This document shows positions 61,661 through 64,000 of a stretch of 64,000 nucleotides of DNA, piece by piece; positions within the stretch are counted from its first letter, which is position 1, and each line of letters begins with the position of its first letter. The stretch covers positions 1 through 64,000 of the IMG/VR virus record IMGVR_UViG_2795386107_000001, one strand, 5' to 3'. The translations under genes and the position numbers were made by a program. The notes below the pieces were generated by a model. That model did no database searches. It was given only the letters and a program-made list of their open reading frames with translations, and was not told the origin of the DNA. The stretch comes from a virus (lineage: Duplodnaviria > Caudoviricetes).

Positions 61661-64000
61661 TTACTCCTTCGGGTCGGTGACGTAGTGGAGGCGGCATCGG
61701 CAGTTGATCGTGAGGGCGATCGGTGCGAATGGGTCGCCGGGGTAACGGAGGCTGGAGCCGTCGACGGTGTACGGGGTGCCGACGGGGAGCGTCTTGCCGT
61801 TCAGCGCCTTGTGGGCGGGGCGTACGCGGTCGTCTCCGCGGGTGATCCAGGTTCGGACGACGCCGGGGCCGGCGTGTTCGGCGGCGGCGTCTGCTGCGCC
61901 GTTGATGGTCGAGATGGCGCAGGTCTCGGCGATCCGGGCGATCAGGGCGGGCTCTGCGGAGTGGTAATGGCTGACGACGGCGTGCTCCAGGTCGCCCACG
62001 TCCTTGGCGTCGTTCTGCGCGGCGGCGAGGGCGTCGGCCAGTTCGGTGAGGAACGCGGTCACGGCCTCGCCGGCGAACGCCGCGGTGACGATGGCGGCCG
62101 CGGCCGCGGAGGGGGGAACGTCGTCCGAGCCGGTGAGGGCCTGCCCCACCTTGCGGGCGGTGGCGATGGCTGCCTGTTGGAGGATCGGCGTCAGGGTCTG
62201 GGAGGTCTCCTCAGCCCAGCGGGCGGCGCTGACGACGCGGTTCTGGTCGAGGTCGGCGTCGACGTGCCGGACGTCGTTGTCGTTCTCCGGCTGCCAGTAG
62301 CGGGTGTACTTGCGGATCTTCGGTGCGCGGAGCCGGGCCAGGATGACGCCTTCCTGGCGCGCCAGGAGGGCGGTGACGGCGGCTGCCACGGCCATGGAGA
62401 GGGCGTCGAAGTCGTCGTCTGTGACCTCGAATCCGTCGTCCTGGGGGAGTGCCTTGCTCTCGATCGTGTCGCGGGCGGCGGCGACGTCCTCGGCGGCCTC
62501 GCCGGGCTGGGTCTGCTCTTGGGCGTTCCGGGCGCGGTCGACGTCGGCGGCCGCATCGCCCGGGGCGGTGGCGGTGTTCGTGGCGCGTGCTGAGGCGACG
62601 GCGTCCGCGGCGGTGCTGCCTGCGGGCAGTGCGAGGGGGGCCTGCGCTCGTGCTGCGGTGACGGCGGCCGCCGCGTCCTGGCCGGGATCGACGGCGCGCG
62701 CGGCTGCCACGTCCGCGGCCGCGGAGTCTTCCGGAGCGGCGCCCTGGGGGAGCGGGGCGCCGGTGGGCGCCGCGCCGGGCATTCCGCCGGCGGCCGGGTC
62801 GGGACCGAGGCCGAGAGCCGCGGCGTCCTGCGGGTTGGCGGGTATGGGGGCCTTCTGCGGGCTGATCCACAGGGCGCGGGACTGCGGGACGTTGAAGGCT
62901 TCCCGGCCTGCGATCTCCCGGTACTCGTCGATGGTGATGAGGCCCTTGTCGAACTCCTCCCGGGCTTCTTGCCGGGCCTGGCGGCGGGGGAACTCGAGGG
63001 CCTGGACGCGGGAGGTGTCGTACCGGACGGTCCAGCCGTCGTCCAGCTCAGGGTCGAACCCGGAGGCCACCAGGTTGAGGTGGGGCAGTTCGGTGTGGTC
63101 CCAGAAGTTCCACTCTTCCCGGTCCGCGTTGGCGTAGGTGCGCTCGGAGGCGTTGCCGACGATGCTCTCGGGCACGCCGAAGGCGGCCAGGATCTCGCCC
63201 TTGGAGATGCCGGCCAGCGTCTCGTACGCCATCTCGCGCGGCCGGGCGGAGGTGTCGACGTATGTGACACCGCCGGGGCCGGTGCCGACGAGGGTGAGCT
63301 GCCCGGCGTTGTGCGCGCCGGGGGCCAGGCGCTTCTGGATGCGGTCGACTTCGCGCGGGTCGACGCCGTCCAGGTCGATACCGACAATTCCGCCCGGTCT
63401 GCCGTCATTGTCAATAAATGAGATGTTGTATGTGCGCGCCTTGACGTCGAGGTCGACGGACAGGCCCGCGGCCTCAAGCGGGGTGACACCGCAGAACGGA
63501 TCGGTGGGGTGGGGGTCCCTGATCCAGATGACGTGTTTCGGCTTCAGCTCCCGGACCTGACCGGCGTAGTTGGTGAACTCGAAGTGCTTGACGTAGTCGC
63601 CGTTCTCGTCGTCCGGGATGATCTGGACGCGGTCTGGTGGCAGCAGATCGAGCCGGGTGAGGGTGCCGCCCCGTGAGTAGGTCTTCTCGATGAACACGCC
63701 CTTCTTCGACAGAAGGAGCTGCGCGCTCAGCCGCTTCTTGAAGACGTCGGCGGTCTCCAAGGGGTTGGACTTCTTGTTCAGCAGGCGAAGAAGCGGGTGG
63801 TCGTCGAGGGTCTCCTCGAAGCGCCGCTCGTCGCCTCCCCGGCCTATTTGGATCGGTAGGGTACTGGCGTGCTTGCTGATCGCCTCGATGGACTTGAAGG
63901 TCCAGATGCTGCGTTCGTAGCCCTCGATGATGACGCGCTCGAGGTCCCAGCCGTCCGCGCGGCCTGGTGTCCCCCAGACGTTCGTGACGCCGGCGTACGT
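61661..64000 (-). CDS. Portal protein fused to C-terminal MuF/minor head domain (5' end outside window)
   Basis: Frame open to window edge; HPLLRLLN, GVTPL, EILAAFGVP portal motifs; WITRGDDRVRPAH...PGDP...INCRC MuF motif. Confidence 0.92.
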   Translation of the reverse strand, partial: TYAGVTNVWGTPGRADGWDLERVIIEGYERSIWTFKSIEAISKHASTLPIQIGRGGDERRFEETLDDHPLLRLLNKKSNPLETADVFKKRLSAQLLLSKKGVFIEKTYSRGGTLTRLDLLPPDRVQIIPDDENGDYVKHFEFTNYAGQVRELKPKHVIWIRDPHPTDPFCGVTPLEAAGLSVDLDVKARTYNISFIDNDGRPGGIVGIDLDGVDPREVDRIQKRLAPGAHNAGQLTLVGTGPGGVTYVDTSARPREMAYETLAGISKGEILAAFGVPESIVGNASERTYANADREEWNFWDHTELPHLNLVASGFDPELDDGWTVRYDTSRVQALEFPRRQARQEAREEFDKGLITIDEYREIAGREAFNVPQSRALWISPQKAPIPANPQDAAALGLGPDPAAGGMPGAAPTGAPLPQGAAPEDSAAADVAAARAVDPGQDAAAAVTAARAQAPLALPAGSTAADAVASARATNTATAPGDAAADVDRARNAQEQTQPGEAAEDVAAARDTIESKALPQDDGFEVTDDDFDALSMAVAAAVTALLARQEGVILARLRAPKIRKYTRYWQPENDNDVRHVDADLDQNRVVSAARWAEETSQTLTPILQQAAIATARKVGQALTGSDDVPPSAAAAAIVTAAFAGEAVTAFLTELADALAAAQNDAKDVGDLEHAVVSHYHSAEPALIARIAETCAISTINGAADAAAEHAGPGVVRTWITRGDDRVRPAHKALNGKTLPVGTPYTVDGSSLRYPGDPFAPIALTINCRCRLHYVTDPKE

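Larger units (their letters stand above)
1..64000. mobile_element. Temperate siphovirus/prophage of a Streptomyces-like host (partial; att site and large terminase not seen in window)
   Basis: Integrase+xis at left edge; complete tail (TMP, MTP, chaperones), capsid, protease and portal; replication and lysis genes; no obvious host housekeeping genes. Confidence 0.96.

Overview
High-GC actinobacterial (Streptomyces-like) temperate siphovirus or prophage filling the whole window, from the stop codon of a tyrosine integrase at position 1 to a portal-MuF fusion gene that runs off the right edge. The left arm holds int/xis, a BldN-like ECF sigma factor with a putative anti-sigma, SSB, an endolysin, TerS-like and ParB-like genes, and a + strand replication/recombination block (initiator, DnaC-like ATPase, DUF2637, Sak4-like ATPase). 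The rest is a minus-strand holin, tail, neck and head module. It includes a poly-gamma-glutamate hydrolase, a protease-NUDIX fusion and a ~5,700-aa DarB-like methyltransferase/SNF2 helicase, and is interrupted by a DUF5131+TcmP moron flanked by a degenerate direct repeat. Signals that ordinary annotation would miss: (i) two promoter classes readable from sequence, ECF-type GTAA(C/G)-N16-CGTAC before xis and replication genes, and about 15 copies of GACRYWAR-N13/14-CANNNT before late genes; (ii) a ~200-nt structured RNA followed by an internally duplicated unknown protein and a ~720-bp tract with about 28 GCGCGC sites; (iii) a separate TnpV-like gene overprinted inside the giant gene; (iv) the protease/scaffold C-terminal motif repeated three times in the giant protein; (v) a 30-bp element with an 18-bp palindrome present twice, inverted. 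All family assignments are by motif recognition from memory and all counts are by eye; no searches were run.
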